From contig OZ024743.1 of assembly GCA_964016885.1 (NCBI GenBank), positions 298,468,001 through 298,532,000 on the forward strand: a stretch of DNA of 64,000 nt, written 5' to 3'. This DNA is from Eledone cirrhosa. Its lineage: Eukaryota. The translations under genes were made by a program, and so were the position numbers. Shown here in pieces: positions 1 to 13,850 of the stretch. The notes under the pieces were generated by a model. It did not search any database. It was given only the letters and a program-made list of their open reading frames with translations, and was not told the DNA's origin. Positions within the stretch are counted from its first letter, which is position 1, and each line of letters begins with the position of its first letter.

Positions 1-41
1 GCATGACACCCATAATTTTGATTATCTTAATTTTGGATATA

Positions 42-72
<31 letters not shown>

Positions 73-289
73 CGCTATTAAATTGTAGCTTCTTAAAAAT
101 AAAGGAAAAGGGTGGGTTTATTGGCGTAATGGTAGTACTCGCCTTCCAAATGAAAGGCTTGGGTTTATACGCGCCGTTATTAAGACTATTTTGTTTCGGC
201 GAAGCCTCCTAATTTTCTATTTTAATTTTCAAACTTCGCTCGCCGCTTGAGGAATTTATTTTAGCTGCTGATGGTAGTGCTGCGTCAGT

Positions 290-640
290 TGTGGATATAC
301 AGGCAGCGACTGCATTTGAAGATGCTCTCTTGCGGTGTTACTGTCTTTTCATTCATTAGGTCGCGCTTTTCCTCGGCTGCAAGTTTCAGTTTCTCCTCCC
401 CTCTCTCCAGCCTCTTGCGTAATACTCGTCCCCAGCGTGAGCAATCATTGAGACCTCTTCCCATCTGTAGACGTCCAGATCTGTTGACTACATATCCTTC
501 TTGTAGACATCTTTGAAACGAAGATGAGGCTGTCCTTGTGTTCTCGTGCCGGTGACCAGGTCTTTTGGGATTCTCCTGTCTGGCATACGGTGACCTCGAA
601 ATCGTTCGGCGTACTGTGTCACATTGAATCTCCCTGATAA
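290..640 (-). mobile_element. RTE-clade LINE 3' fragment (decayed)
   Basis: Minus-strand translation across stops/frameshifts gives GHRMPDRRIPKDL..GTRTQGQPHLRFKDV.KKDM..RW..EEKLKLAAEEKR..FKCSRC, typical of the RTE ORF C-terminus. Confidence 0.75.
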
Positions 641-1257
641 ATGAATTAAAGGTACATTTGTCGGCAGAATACTCAGGTCGGTCCGTTCATCGAATAACTG
701 GAACACTCATCATTGGAATCCAACGGAGATTTATTTAATAATTCGGAAATATATGAGGCAAAAATAAAGATCACCGGTGGGACTTGAACTCTGAATCGCT
801 TGTCATCTGTCTAAATAGATACTGTTCCATTATAACTTCCTCAACTCTCTATAATTGTTGTCAGTTCCACCACTCTTGAGACAGAACGTTATAAATGGTT
901 TTCTAAATGAGTTTCACAAACGACACTGTGGCCTCGTTATTTCTGAAAACAAAGTAGCTAATTATTAAAATTACTTTTCGCGTCAATGCCGAGAAAATTC
1001 CGGTAAACCAAAATCGAAGTAATAGTAGCAGCATACAAAATTTCACAGAGAATAGAGAGTAATTAAATTCTTCTTTCGGTCGCTTCTTCTGAAGTCTGCA
1101 GGTTCTGACGTTATTATTTATTTCTATTGCTTATCTAAATTTGGTCGTATTCCTTCTACGTTTTCTGAACTTGTTTGTGTTGTTCTTTGCAGACACCTCG
1201 TTCTTAATTCTCATGTTTTTTTATTATTAATTTACGTTGTTATTGTGGTTTTTGAAC

Positions 1258-1264
1258 CACCACC

Positions 1265-1352
<88 letters not shown>

Positions 1353-1353
1353 T
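1258..1353. repeat. (CCA)n/(CTA)n microsatellite
   Basis: Direct reading. Confidence 0.95.
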
Positions 1354-1654
1354 TGATGCCCCGTTCTGAATTGAAATGCCACTTTTCATTCTTCTACACT
1401 TGATAAAATAAATACCTGGTAAGTATTTGGGGTAGAACAAATCGATTACAATCGTTGTCCTCAGATGTGTGGCTTCATGCCAAACTTAGAAATCTTATAA
1501 TAATAATGGTTTTCTATTTGGAGACAAGACCAGCAATTTGGCGGAATGGGAAAGTTGATTAAGCTGACCAGAGTATTTCACTGGTACTTTATTTATCGAC
1601 CACGTAATGATGAATGAGAGGTGGCGAATTTGCAGAGTTTTTAGAACGTCAGAT

Positions 1655-1960
1655 GGAATGGTTTGCAGTATTCTTTCCGACACTACTCTCTGAGTTCAAA
1701 TCCCACCATGGTTAACTCTGCCTTTCATCCATTTAGTGTCGATAAAAAAAGTACCAGTTTAGTACTGGGCTCGATTCTTCCTCTGTTACTCTTTCTCACT
1801 TCCATTCTCTCATTCTCTCTATTCTTTTCTGGAAGAAATCTTCTGTGTTCAGATCTGGAGAGCAGATGGGCTCTGTCAGGTTTCAAAATGCCCAAGAAAC
1901 ACCGTCTATCAATATTTCGCCCCTACAACTCTATCAGGAGTTACAGGTTTAAAAAGAAGA
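1655..1960 (+). mobile_element. tRNA-derived SINE (Meta-type core) with extended 3' segment
   Basis: gagttcaaatccc B-box-like motif and gcctttcatcc..gtcgataaaa..gtaccag core; downstream segment shared with 46085-46210. Confidence 0.6.
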
Positions 1961-2084
1961 ATGAGAAATGGCAAAGTATATATATATATATATACTCATC
2001 TTTTTCAATTTCTCCGAGGGTTCTTAACCCCACTATCAGGCTAAATAATTTCTTTAATTTCTTCAGTCAAAAAACGGCGATAGC

Positions 2085-2205
<121 letters not shown>

Positions 2206-2237
2206 AAAATGTGGAGAAGGAACACACGATTTGGAAT

Positions 2238-2455
2238 ATATATATAGGGAGAAAATAACGATTATTAGGAATAAAAAAAATTTTTCCGTTCTTTTTTTCT
2301 TTTTTCTGGGTTAGAAAATGTTTAAAACAAATTATTTTACTTTGTGTGAAGTAAAATATTTTGTTTTAAACATTTTCTAACCCAGAAAAAAGAAAAAAAG
2401 AACGGAAAATTGTTTTTTCTTCCTAATAATCGTTTTTTTCTCCCTATATATATAT
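2238..2455. repeat. Fold-back with ~100-bp arms flanked by TA repeats
   Basis: 2240-2340 is the near-perfect reverse complement of 2351-2452, with a ~10-nt spacer. Confidence 0.9.
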
Positions 2456-2623
2456 ATATATATACATATAGTCCAGCAGTTGCAAGCGGTGGTAGGGACC
2501 GTCCAGAGGAAGACCAGTCAAGTCTGAAATACATAGATGATTGTCCCGCTTCCTAAAACCGTGTTTCTTTATAAATACGAAATTTCTATACATATTTGTA
2601 TACAGCTATGCCTGAAGGTAAAT

Positions 2624-2676
<53 letters not shown>

Positions 2677-2802
2677 GTATATATATATGTATGTACATAT
2701 ATGTATGTATATATACATGTATATATATATATGAATGAATATATATGTATATATATATATATGTATATATATATGTATGTATATATATCTATATATATGT
2801 AT

Positions 2803-3390
2803 GTCAGGTCACCAATTGGTGCTACTGGTAACATGTATCCCAGTACAACCTGTCTCATGGTCGGGTCGTTGGTGACTAAACTGGCAACCCCACCAAGGTT
2901 TCTTGGTGAGGAGGGTGACTTTGGACATCCTGCAGGACTAAAAACAAAACCTGTCAAAGGGCAAAGGAGCTCTTAAGAGTCAATCGCCATCCAAAATCAC
3001 CAGGAGAGATGACCCCTTAGCCTTTGTCAAGGCAGAATTCTAGGAGAAGGATATCTCTGATGGTATCCAATGATGTTGACTTGTTCTTCTTTCTGGTAAA
3101 TATCATCTTGGTTAAGAGAGTGGGACTGGCTTTGTGCAGTGCCTTTGCTCACTATAAAAGCTTCACGGCACAGGCATTGCTTTATATCTAGAGATCTCTC
3201 TGCACTTGTCGTCACATGGTACCATGGGCCCAGCACTGTGTCAATAATTGTCACAAGTGTAGTGTTTGTACCAGAGTCTTCAAGTCGCTGGCTTGACTAA
3301 AAAGTCACACTCGTTCAGCGCATCGGTAGGGGTTCTCCTACATGGATATAAAGTAGTGGCCGTACTCGAAAACGAGTTGGCAGCCACCAT
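2803..3390 (+). mobile_element. Bipartite non-autonomous RTE-derived element, subfamily A
   Basis: RTE 5'UTR-like ctaggagaagga motif, terminal C2H2-finger coding remnant, 3' ctcg-aaaa-cgag hairpin and TATG/TA tail; near-identical to 59486-60098. Confidence 0.75.
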
Positions 3391-3469
3391 ATATGTATTG
3401 ATATCTATGTATATATATATGTATGTATATATATATATATGTATATATATATATGTATATATATCTATG

Positions 3470-3502
<33 letters not shown>

Positions 3503-3765
3503 GTATGTATATATATATATATGTATGTATATGTATATATATATGTATGTATATGTATATATATGTATATGTATATATATGTAGGCATATATATGTATAT
3601 ATATATGTATGTATATATATATATGTATATATGCATGTATATATATATATGTATTTATGCATGTATATATATATGTATATGTATGTATATCTATTTATAT
3701 ATATGTATGTATACATATATGTATGTATATGTATATATATGTATGTATACATATGTATGTATATG

Positions 3766-3846
<81 letters not shown>

Positions 3847-3890
3847 ATATACATACATATGTATACATACATATATATACATATATATAC

Positions 3891-3940
<50 letters not shown>
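3391..3940. repeat. Compound (TA)n/(TATG)n microsatellite
   Basis: Direct reading; similar tracts at 2625-2802, 5030-5320, 13524-13660, 17410-17690, 22948-23140, 24830-25255, 30710-30980, 33875-33983, 36224-36301, 37185-37266, 63375-63486. Confidence 0.95.
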
Positions 3941-3944
<4 letters not shown>

Positions 3945-5035
3945 GTTAACATATACATAAATTATAGATATATACATGTTGCAACTGGTCACTTTTAAGC
4001 TCTATGAAGAATTAATAAATTAAAAAATCAGAGCAATATATCATAAATCATGTCTTTAGAATCATCAGATAAAATATATACTATTTCTTCTTCTAATTAG
4101 CATAATTAACCATATAAAAAAAGCAATTAGATCAAGCTATAAGAAGAAAGGCTCTTATGGAGAAATCTCCGACAAATAACCGAACGTAGCCTCTTCGCGG
4201 TGGCCCCGATCAAGTATTTATCCAACATTTCGACAGCATGTAGAAACTGACTAAATATATCATCAACCATACACAATTAGGTGTAAAATTAAACTTAGAA
4301 GAAATGCGTACACACCGTAATTATATCTCTACCATGGTTTCTTCCTTATTTTTAGACATCCAAATAATAGGAATGTCCTGAGTTAGGATTCATCAGGAGA
4401 CAAACTCAAAATCAGACATCTTGTTTTTCAATCCGATCCCGCCAAAAATAGATTAAAAAATGGCTAAGAATCGCTATGTGGCTGTGGTCAAGCCAGAAAT
4501 AATGTGATTGGTTGCTTACGGCGGGTAGGCTTGCTGCTAGAAAGCGCAGCCAAATATCGCCAAACTTAATCTCAACCTATCGGGAGATTATTAAATATAA
4601 AGGTTAACATATACATAAAGTTATAGATATATACATGTTGCAACTGGTCACTTTTAAGCTCTATGAAGAATTAATAAATTAAAAAATCAGAGCAATATAT
4701 CATAAATCATGTCTTTAGAATCATCAGATAAAATATATACTATTTCTTCTTCTAATTAGCATAATTAATCATATAAAAAATCAATTAGATCAAGCTATAA
4801 GAAGAAAGGCTCTTATGGAGAAATCTCCGACAAATAACCGAAATGTTGGATAAATACTCGATCGGGGCCACCGCGAAGAGGCTACGTTCGGTTATTTGTC
4901 GGAGATTTCTCCATAAGACCCTTTCTTCTTATAGCTTGATCTAATTGATTTTTTTTATATGGTTAATTATGCTAATTAGAAGAAGAAATAGTATATATTT
5001 TATCTGATGATTCTAAAGACATGATTTATGATATA
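3940..5035. mobile_element. TA-embedded element with direct plus inverted duplication (A-B-C-A-B'-A')
   Basis: 3940-4183 is repeated at 4598-4841; 4839-5035 is the reverse complement of ~4037-4232. This architecture resembles Penelope-like pseudo-LTRs. Confidence 0.65.
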
Positions 5036-5166
5036 TATATATGTATATATATATGTATGTACATATATATATGTATATATATGTATGTATATATATGTAT
5101 ATATATATGTACGTATATATATATATGTATATACTCGTATGTATATATATATGTATATATATGTAT

Positions 5167-5199
<33 letters not shown>

Positions 5200-5322
5200 C
5201 TCGTATGTATATATATATGTATATATATGTATGTATATAGATATGTTTGCATATATACATATATACATGCATGTATATGTACATGTATATATGTATATAT
5301 GTATATATGTATGTATATATAA

Positions 5323-6449
5323 TAGTTCCTGACAAACAGGTCCCAGCATGTTATCGAAGGAATACGATCAAGATCAGCCACAGTCAGTAGTGGATTCCCA
5401 CATGGTGCTGTTTGGGCTCACTTCTTTTCATTTATTACATAAATGGCAGTAGAGACGCCATCAAGCACAGCAAGATAAGGGTTTTCGCAGATGATTCCAA
5501 GCTCTAGAAGGTCATCCATGGTGTGGGAGACTGGACATGCCTTCCACCGGATCTTTTCGCTCTTATACAACGGGCGACTGGGCGTCAAAAAATAATCTGC
5601 TACAAAACGAGGATAAATTCGAATTAATCCCGTTGTGAAAGAGGATGCATTGAAGTTACCATCTTCTCTTCCGCCAGGTGAAACCCTGGTGGCATCAAAC
5701 AAAACCAGAGACCTTGGATTAAATGTTAAGCTGGAGTACTCACATAAACACCAAAGTTGACTTGGCTCGCAGGATGTGTTCCTGGATTCTCAGAACTTTC
5801 CGGTCTAGAGAAATTCACACGATCCTCCTACTCTACTCTACCATTGCCCAGCCGCATCTTAAATACCCTTGTCCACAGTGGTCTCCTCACACAAAACAAA
5901 GTATTAGGGAGTTTGAAACACCCCAGAGGCGAATTTAAAAAAAGATAGACGCTATGACTGGGCTTGACTATTGGTGTTGATTAGAAAAACTCAAACTCTA
6001 CTCTCTCCAACGCAATCGTGAGCGCTATATCATTTGTATGATGTGGAAAATATTCCATCAATATTGCTCAAATGATGTTGGCATCAGTTTTAAAATTCAC
6101 CCAAGGCTTGTTCCCCGTGCTTATCCGCCCACTACAAAAATCAAACGCGCATCTCATAGCAACGATACAACACAACTACGTCACCTCAACTGGCCCCACA
6201 CTCTTTAATATCATACCGACTGAAATATATCAAGACAGAAGCAAATTCCATAATATTAAAAGTTTCTTGGACAAATTCATCTAGAAAATTCGGGATAAAT
6301 TCTCTACGCTCGGACGTGTCTCTGAAAACAACAACTCTTTACTAGAGTGGGCCACGGTGTCCAAAACATGACTAGGTTGTGAACTAGGTTGTGAATCTGA
6401 AAGACTTCGCCAGGTGGTGCTATTAAATTAGACATGTCCTGGGCTAACA

Positions 6450-6450
<1 letters not shown>
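5323..6450 (+). mobile_element. CR1/Jockey-group LINE, 5'-truncated and decayed RT
   Basis: [66 protein letters not shown] across frameshifts. Confidence 0.85.
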
Positions 6451-6496
<46 letters not shown>

Positions 6497-6880
6497 CTGA
6501 ACTGACTTGGTATATGGAAATAGATATAGATATATAGATATATAGGTCTAATCCTTGCTTTTGCAGGAGAAATGTAATGAATGATAGCTAAGTAAATATA
6601 AGTTAAATATTTCGCTAGAGCAGAATCTCAACGACAAAGCTCGTCTGTTTAATATTATTATAGTGCTAATTATGTTTCATCAAATTGAGTAGTAAACACA
6701 GGAAGGAAACGGCAAAGGTAGTATTAAGATATTGCTGTTTGATAACAGAACATAGAACTTTGTGGATTGGAATTTGACCAAATTTACGAGGTGCTAAAAT
6801 TAGAAATATATATATTTCAGTCTTTAACAATCGCCTAAATTCCATTGTTGTTCGACCTGAACGATAAGAATACATTCTCA

Positions 6881-6945
<65 letters not shown>

Positions 6946-6952
6946 ACAGACA

Positions 6953-6989
<37 letters not shown>

Positions 6990-7046
6990 ACAGACAGACA
7001 CACACACAGACACACACACATACACCCAAGCACATACACGCACACA
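6881..7046. repeat. (CA)n microsatellite
   Basis: Direct reading; similar tracts at 2087-2174 and 57478-57575. Confidence 0.95.
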
Positions 7047-8710
7047 AATGGGAGGCTGTTGATACATTCTCAAAATGGCACCGCAGACAGATTGAGTAAG
7101 ATATGGTAGGAAATAAGTTAATCCCGTCATCTCTCCTACCCATGAATAACTAAGCTTTTTCATCAACTACTCCTACTCTGCCCAAGATATCTCATTCACC
7201 ATTTCTGCTGACTTTGTTAACTTCCTGGACTTCTCTGTCTGTACCAACCAACTCTCGTCACTTTATAAAACTGATGTCTACCACTTCTACATCGATATCA
7301 CCCCTCTCATACCAAATCTGCCCTCCCCTGTCCACAGTTCTTTCAACGTTCTTTCAGCGTTTGAATCAATTACTCAGACTTCGATACCTAATCGTAGTAA
7401 ATAGTTCATTACTTCATACAATGTATTTCCCCTGAACCAAAAGTTGATGCCACCACTCATCGTATTTCTGCTTCTGACTGAACCTTCGAAGTTGCCCTCA
7501 CACCTCGATTCCGCCCTGTAATAAGTTTGGTTGAAGCTCCTTTCAATCTTACGTTTTGCACACAACATATATCTACCTCATCTACATGCCCCCGCTATAA
7601 CATCTCTAATATCTCCTCAGATCTACGTTTCTTGGTGTCGACGTTGATAATAGCATAATACATCTAACTAGAATTAATAGTAGCCTTATTTTCATTTAGC
7701 ATCACCACCACATCCTAATACCAACACTAATAATTGTACACTCTTGTATATTCACAAGTCCATCTGCCTCCACACATACGCACATACACTGGCCAATTTT
7801 TACACATACATACACTGGCCATTTATTACACATACATTAGCGTGTTTCAACAAAACCAATTACAAAGTTGTACATACACTCACACAGCATGATCACCCAC
7901 ACTTCTCTAGCGTCGTATCTCTCTTGACTCGATAAAATACATACACACTTTCGTACATTACCCTTCTTGATTGATAAAAAAATCAAATTTAAACACACCT
8001 TTCCGTTTCAACCACTTTCTTCATACATCTTAACTATAATAAAGGAAGGTCTGCGGGATTGCGTCCAGAATATATTTTTTTACCCCGTTTGTAAAATAAG
8101 TTGGATCACTTTGAATAAATAATGAATGAATATTACATAATTTATGAGCTAAATTTCGTGGCTGTTGATTAAATATATTTTATAGCTTAATCTTTAAAAT
8201 TCACTTCTTAAAAATTCAAATGTCAACACTTCCGGTTAGCGGCCGTTATATTATAACACTTATAATCTCATATATTTCTCCTAATGCAGTTTATATATAA
8301 TGTCATCTTTTTTTAATAAATCATGGATTACTGATTACAGAAGACAGTGTAAAATAGGCTTTGTTCAATTTCTGTGTATATTGTCAATTCCGATTTTATT
8401 TGATGTATCATATTTACATGCATATAATATTTGTATATAATATCAATATAGACACTACACATGCTAGCAGAAAACCACCAGTAGGGTGGTTTTTCTGCTA
8501 GTTTTATTAATTTAACATGACTTTATCGTAAAATTACGTTCACATGTATATTTGATGACTATCTGCTCACGTTTTATGTTTGTAGGAGTGAATCTTTCTT
8601 TATTGTTTAGACAACCAAGCCAATCATGATACATTTGCATCTAACTCAAATCTTACTACCAAATCATACTTCAAAATCCTACTACTTCAATGAAAGAAAA
8701 TAGTAATAAT

Positions 8711-8897
8711 AATTGTTTCTACGTTTGGCACAAGGCCAGCAATTACCCAGAGCATTTCTGGTACTTTATTTTATCGACCCCGTAAGGATGAAAGGCAAAG
8801 TTAACCTCGGTGGGATTTGAACTCATAATGGCAAGGGCCGTAACTCTATACGTCAAAGCATAGCGTCCGACCCTCTACCGATACTGCCAATCCACCG
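8711..8897 (-). mobile_element. tRNA-derived SINE, Meta-type core
   Basis: Reverse complement of gagttcaaatccc..gaggttaactttgcctttcatccttacggggtcgataaaataaagtaccag..ggccttgtgcc..tagaaacaattatt. Confidence 0.8.
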
Positions 8898-8914
8898 AGT
8901 AATAATAATAATAA

Positions 8915-9092
8915 ATGTTTCTACTTTAAGCACAAGGCCAGCAATTTGAAGGGTAGGGGAAAGTGGATTAAATCGACCTCAGTACATTACTGATGCTTTA
9001 TTTTATCGACCCCATAAAGATGAAAGGCAAAGCTCACCTCAGAGGGATTTGAATTCAGAACGTAAAGGGCTGTAACTCTATGCTGCGAAGCA
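8915..9092 (-). mobile_element. tRNA-derived SINE, Meta-type core (tandem second copy)
   Basis: Same motifs as 8711-8897. Confidence 0.75.
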
Positions 9093-9689
9093 TGTTAAAG
9101 ATAAAATAAAATAAAATTATATTAAATCGCTCCTAATGTTTAGATATACGCTTTTCAGTCGCAAGCTTGTAATAACTCCAAACTTTCTCAGAATCTCTCC
9201 TTTAATACCAAGGCTACGACGAAAATGTCGTATCAGAAATTTGCCAGCATATCCTTGTCTCACCATGTGTATCAAAGGTTTTCTAATTTCTTCTGTGAAA
9301 AACATTTATCTGACTACTTATCCTACCACATCGTATAATTTAACTGGAAAACACGTGGTATCCTATTAACATGAGTATACAGCTGGATGCTACCTTAAAA
9401 TTAAATCACTAGTCATATTGTAAACATTTGTCACTATCGACTCATGGTTCTTCTCGATAGTGGTGTCTATATAGTTGGCTTTGTTAACGTCACAACCATT
9501 CCTCTTCACCTCTAACCTATATATATATATCAAAATAAAGATCCGAAGGCATGGTATACATTTCCAATCATGTTAATAAGAGATAGATCGATCGTGTAGT
9601 CACGATCGATTATCACTGAGGAACTAAACTCTGTGAGTGAACATCGTTAATTTTCTCTCTCATATCAAGGATTTGAAGACAATTAATTT

Positions 9690-9763
9690 TCACCTGACGA
9701 GATCAGTGATAATCGATCATGACTACACGATCGATCTATCTCTTATTGAAACATGTGTCGTGA
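9690..9763 (+). ncRNA. Type I hammerhead ribozyme with long stem II
   Basis: tcac-CTGACGA-[47-nt stem II containing atcgatc/gatcgat]-GAAAC-atgt-GTC-gtga. Confidence 0.7.
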
Positions 9764-11119
9764 TTAAAATGATTGGAAATTTATACCATGCCTTCGGATC
9801 TTTATTTTGATACAAATACTCCGTTTTACATCATCTAGCTGTTCCCATAAATGGAATTGGAGATATACAAAAGCGTGGAGAACTTAATATTGCTAACAAA
9901 TATTTATTGGACCGTTTGACACAACCAATAATACACATTACTATATATATGTATATATATATATAGGTATGTAGCCATGTTTTCTGTACTGTTGTATTTA
10001 TAATAATGTATGTGCATTTTATGTGCATGGCAATGAAGATAAACATACACAAATATCAAAAGAACTTTTGAGAACTCTGTCAACAAGTGCAAATTGAAAG
10101 CCAAGGGTTTGTTCGAAATATATGCACTAGAAAGGGTATATTGTGTGAAAAATAAAAGATGAGATTGTCAAATCTGAAGCGCTTGTGACCATAGGTCTTC
10201 TCAATCAGAGTAGAACTGCGCCTAAAAAACAAAACAAAACATTTATAATCTATGAAGGTGTGACGTCAGTGCATCAGCAACAATGACTAGAAAATTGTTA
10301 TTTCTCATTTTGTATTGGATGTTCATATACGAGCGTTGGCTATATGAAGGACTGATGCTAGTGCTGTGAAATCTCGAATGCATTAATTTCAACTCTTCGT
10401 ATTAATAACTGCATTGATTCTATCCAGGGACTATGTTGAAAAATAAACTATATTTGGTCATTCCGAACTTTTTGGCCGACCCTCGTAATTCAAATATTAC
10501 CTACATCAGAGTACTTCTCACATGTAGAGTATTACATCTACCAGGCATGTTTGCACCTTTCGAATTCGTTCAACTAATTAGCAAACTTTCATTCATCGAT
10601 GCCCCCCCCCCCCATACACACACTATTAACTCCATTCTATAGGCCACATCCTACATTCCACTTTATTTTTGTTTCTGCCACTCTGAACATTTACTTATCC
10701 AGAAATGCACCTATCTGGATGTCAATTCCCGCGAATATATTTCCATTCATTACATTCGAGTTCTTTCCTGTTGATCAACTATAAGACACAATTTCAGATA
10801 TTTTAAGAAGCGTAATTCTTATTTCAGAAAATTCTATTCCCTTCTTATATTTTATTTACATAGCTTTTAGTTGAGTTTCAGCCTCTAGCTGTACATCGAA
10901 ATAAAAAGAAAAAAAGTAGCATGCTTTTTCCTCTCGAGACTACATTTCATTTTTTCTATGTTACTTTATTATCGTGTATCATGCTTACATTTGGAATAAT
11001 GACACTACATCGACCTCACCAACTATCTGACGTTATTGCGGTGAAGCAATCAGTACAATTCGCAGAAACTTTCCTGTTAACGATAAAAAAAATAAAATAC
11101 TGATAATTCGAAAAGGCAG

Positions 11120-11143
11120 TGAGAGAGAGATAGAGAGAGAGAG

Positions 11144-11197
<54 letters not shown>

Positions 11198-11249
11198 TGA
11201 GAGATAGAGATAGAGATAGATAGAGAGAGAGAGAGCGAGTGAGAGAGAG
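11120..11249. repeat. (GA)n microsatellite
   Basis: Direct reading. Confidence 0.95.
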
Positions 11250-12807
11250 TAAAAGTTATAAAATATAAACATGTACATGCCTTCTTTTATTTCTTTTTCC
11301 TCCTTTGTGTCTTTAGTTTGTATCGTTCTCTCGCTCGTCCTCTTCCAACTGTTAGTATACCACAGACATAAATAGCAATAAGATATACATGCAAAACCAC
11401 ACAACAAAAACCATAAAATATCACATAATATCACAAACATACGCGCATGCGTGTATGTCAACTAATTCATTCCCACACACGGTATGACGCCCAAACAGAG
11501 ACAGCAACATCATTTAAACAAAGAAAAACATCTTCAACCATTTTTGTAGTAGAATAGTTCTCTCTTTTTATCCTTCCTTTAAAGGAGCCAAACGGCCTTT
11601 GCTTTACTGCATTTTGGATGAAATACATTGAATTGAGCTATATTTGCTTCATTGTTTTGAAAGCTAGTTCAGCAGCCCAACTGTCGGAGCAAACAAATTG
11701 AATTCAGCACATTTGTATTATCAGAAAGGAACATGGCGATAGAAGTGAAGCCTCGTGTTTGTCTTTATATTTATTTAGATGCTGGAAAATGCTGGAAATA
11801 GTAGAAAATTAATGGAAAATTAGAGGAATTTTTTTTCTTTTCGATATTTTTACAGTGGCCTATTATGTGAAGCACAACTTTAGGAAATATTATCACAATT
11901 TATACATTAATGTTCCTCATTTTTTTCTTAATCAGCTAAACTGTGAGGAAACATGTCAATTTCCTGTAGAAAATGGTAACCACACAAATACACTGTTCTC
12001 ACATTTTCTTTTATCGCGGCCAAATTTTTACTTGAGTATTTTTATAATTGACTGACAGTTTTACTTCATTACTCTGCGACTTAGTTCAATAAGATCAACT
12101 GTCTTGACTGCCTCCGGTTTGTTGGTTTGTCTCGCAGCTAGAAATCGGTGCGTGGCTCAGTTCGGCGTCTTCCTCATCAACTAGTATCCTTCTTGATGAT
12201 GTGTGCACTCTTATCTGAGTAGCCATAAGCCTTGGCTTCCGTGTATATGAACGAACAGCATAAATAATTGTTTCTACTTTTGGCACAAGGCCAGCAATTA
12301 TCCAGTGCATTACTGGTACTTTATTTTATCGACCCCGTAAGGATGAAAGGTATATATATATATATATAACATTATAAAATAAGAGGATATAATAGACAAA
12401 AATATATACCTATTTTTTCTTCAAAGTCCCGACTGCACAGTTTCGCTGATCCGTATGCAACAATTGTTCATTATAGATATGCACCATCGTTGTGAGGCCA
12501 ATCAGCTTATCAAGGAACACCTCAGAGAAAACGACTGTTCTCCAGACGAGTTTGCAGCAAGTGAGAACATCTCTATAGGCGGAGGGAGGAATTAACACGC
12601 GGTACATCGGTCAAGAAAAAGGACTGTTTCCCTTGCAGCAAATAGTTTCCCTTGTGAACATATTTCAGAAGGTGGAGGGAGAAATTAATACATGATACAG
12701 AGGTCACAGGCGGGTAGTAAGGTAGACAGAAAGTGACTATCGTATTCGCCGGAGAAAGCAATTAGTACACTTTCCGGTTAACTCAACCATTGTTTGAGAT
12801 AATATAA

Positions 12808-12982
12808 TAATTGTTTCTACTTTTGGCACAAGGCCAGTAAATTACTGAGTGTATTACTGGTACTTTATTTTATCGACCCCGTAAGGATGAAAGGCAAAGT
12901 TAACCTCGGCGGGATTTGAACTCAGAATGGCAAGGGCCGTAACTCTATGCATCAAAGCATGGCGTCCGACCCTCTACCGATA
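12808..12982 (-). mobile_element. tRNA-derived SINE, Meta-type core
   Basis: Near-identical to 27381-27560 and 38790-38967; a partial copy lies at 12265-12350. Confidence 0.8.
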
Positions 12983-13180
12983 GTACCTCTTATTTTATAA
13001 TTTGATATATAGCTCTGATTCGATAATCATTTTAATTATTTTGATTGTTTTAGCTCTTTCGATCATCAAGCAACACTGGTTAAGGTTGACACCACACACA
13101 CTCGCATACATGTGAATATATATATATATATATATATACAATATATTAATAAATGGAAACTATATTTATAAAACCATATT

Positions 13181-13246
13181 TATTTTATTATATATATTTC
13201 AAGGGCAACCAAGGCAAATTAGGGTGCGCTTTCATCAGATAAAATA
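13181..13246 (-). ncRNA. Type I hammerhead ribozyme
   Basis: Reverse complement reads tattttat-CTGATGA-aagcgcacc..ggttgccctt-GAAA-tatata-TA-ataaaata, with an 8-bp stem I. Confidence 0.75.
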
Positions 13247-13322
13247 CAGATTTGTTTTATAAATAAATATTGACATACCCGAAAAAAAGACAACCTTAAC
13301 GGTTGGAGCTCCCTGGATAGTG

Positions 13323-13388
13323 TATTTTATCTGATGAAAGCGCACCATAATTTGCCTTAGCTCCCCTTGAAATATATATAATAAAATA
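13323..13388 (+). ncRNA. Type I hammerhead ribozyme (inverted partner of 13181-13246)
   Basis: tattttat-CTGATGA-aag..ctt-GAAA-tatata-TA-ataaaata. Confidence 0.7.
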
Positions 13389-13520
13389 AATATGGTTTTA
13401 TAAATATAGTTTCCATTTATTAATATATTGTGTATTTACTCCACTAACTTGTTGAGTACTTTATATCAGTTATAAAACATTTTAAAACTTGTTGAATCCC
13501 AACAAATTAAATATAATCTC

Positions 13521-13661
<141 letters not shown>

Positions 13662-13809
13662 CTCATTATTATTTTGTCTCAAACTCCCCTATGGTTGAGT
13701 TAACTCGAAAGTGTACTAACTGCTTTCTCTAGCAAACACGATAGTCACTTTCTGTCCCTCCTTACTACCCGCCTGTGACCTCTGTATCATGTATTAATTC
13801 CTCCCTCCA

Positions 13810-13847
<38 letters not shown>

Positions 13848-13850
13848 TGA

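Noticed and set aside
2537-5381. Many overlapping [12 protein letters not shown] ORFs here and throughout the window
   Set aside because: Translations of dinucleotide and tetranucleotide microsatellites that simply lack stop codons
8464-8501. Small inverted repeat ctagcagaaaaccacc..ggtggtttttctgctag
   Set aside because: Too short to assign; not a bacterial terminator in this eukaryotic context
12095-12310. 71-aa minus-strand ORF
   Set aside because: Starts inside a SINE and has no recognisable domain
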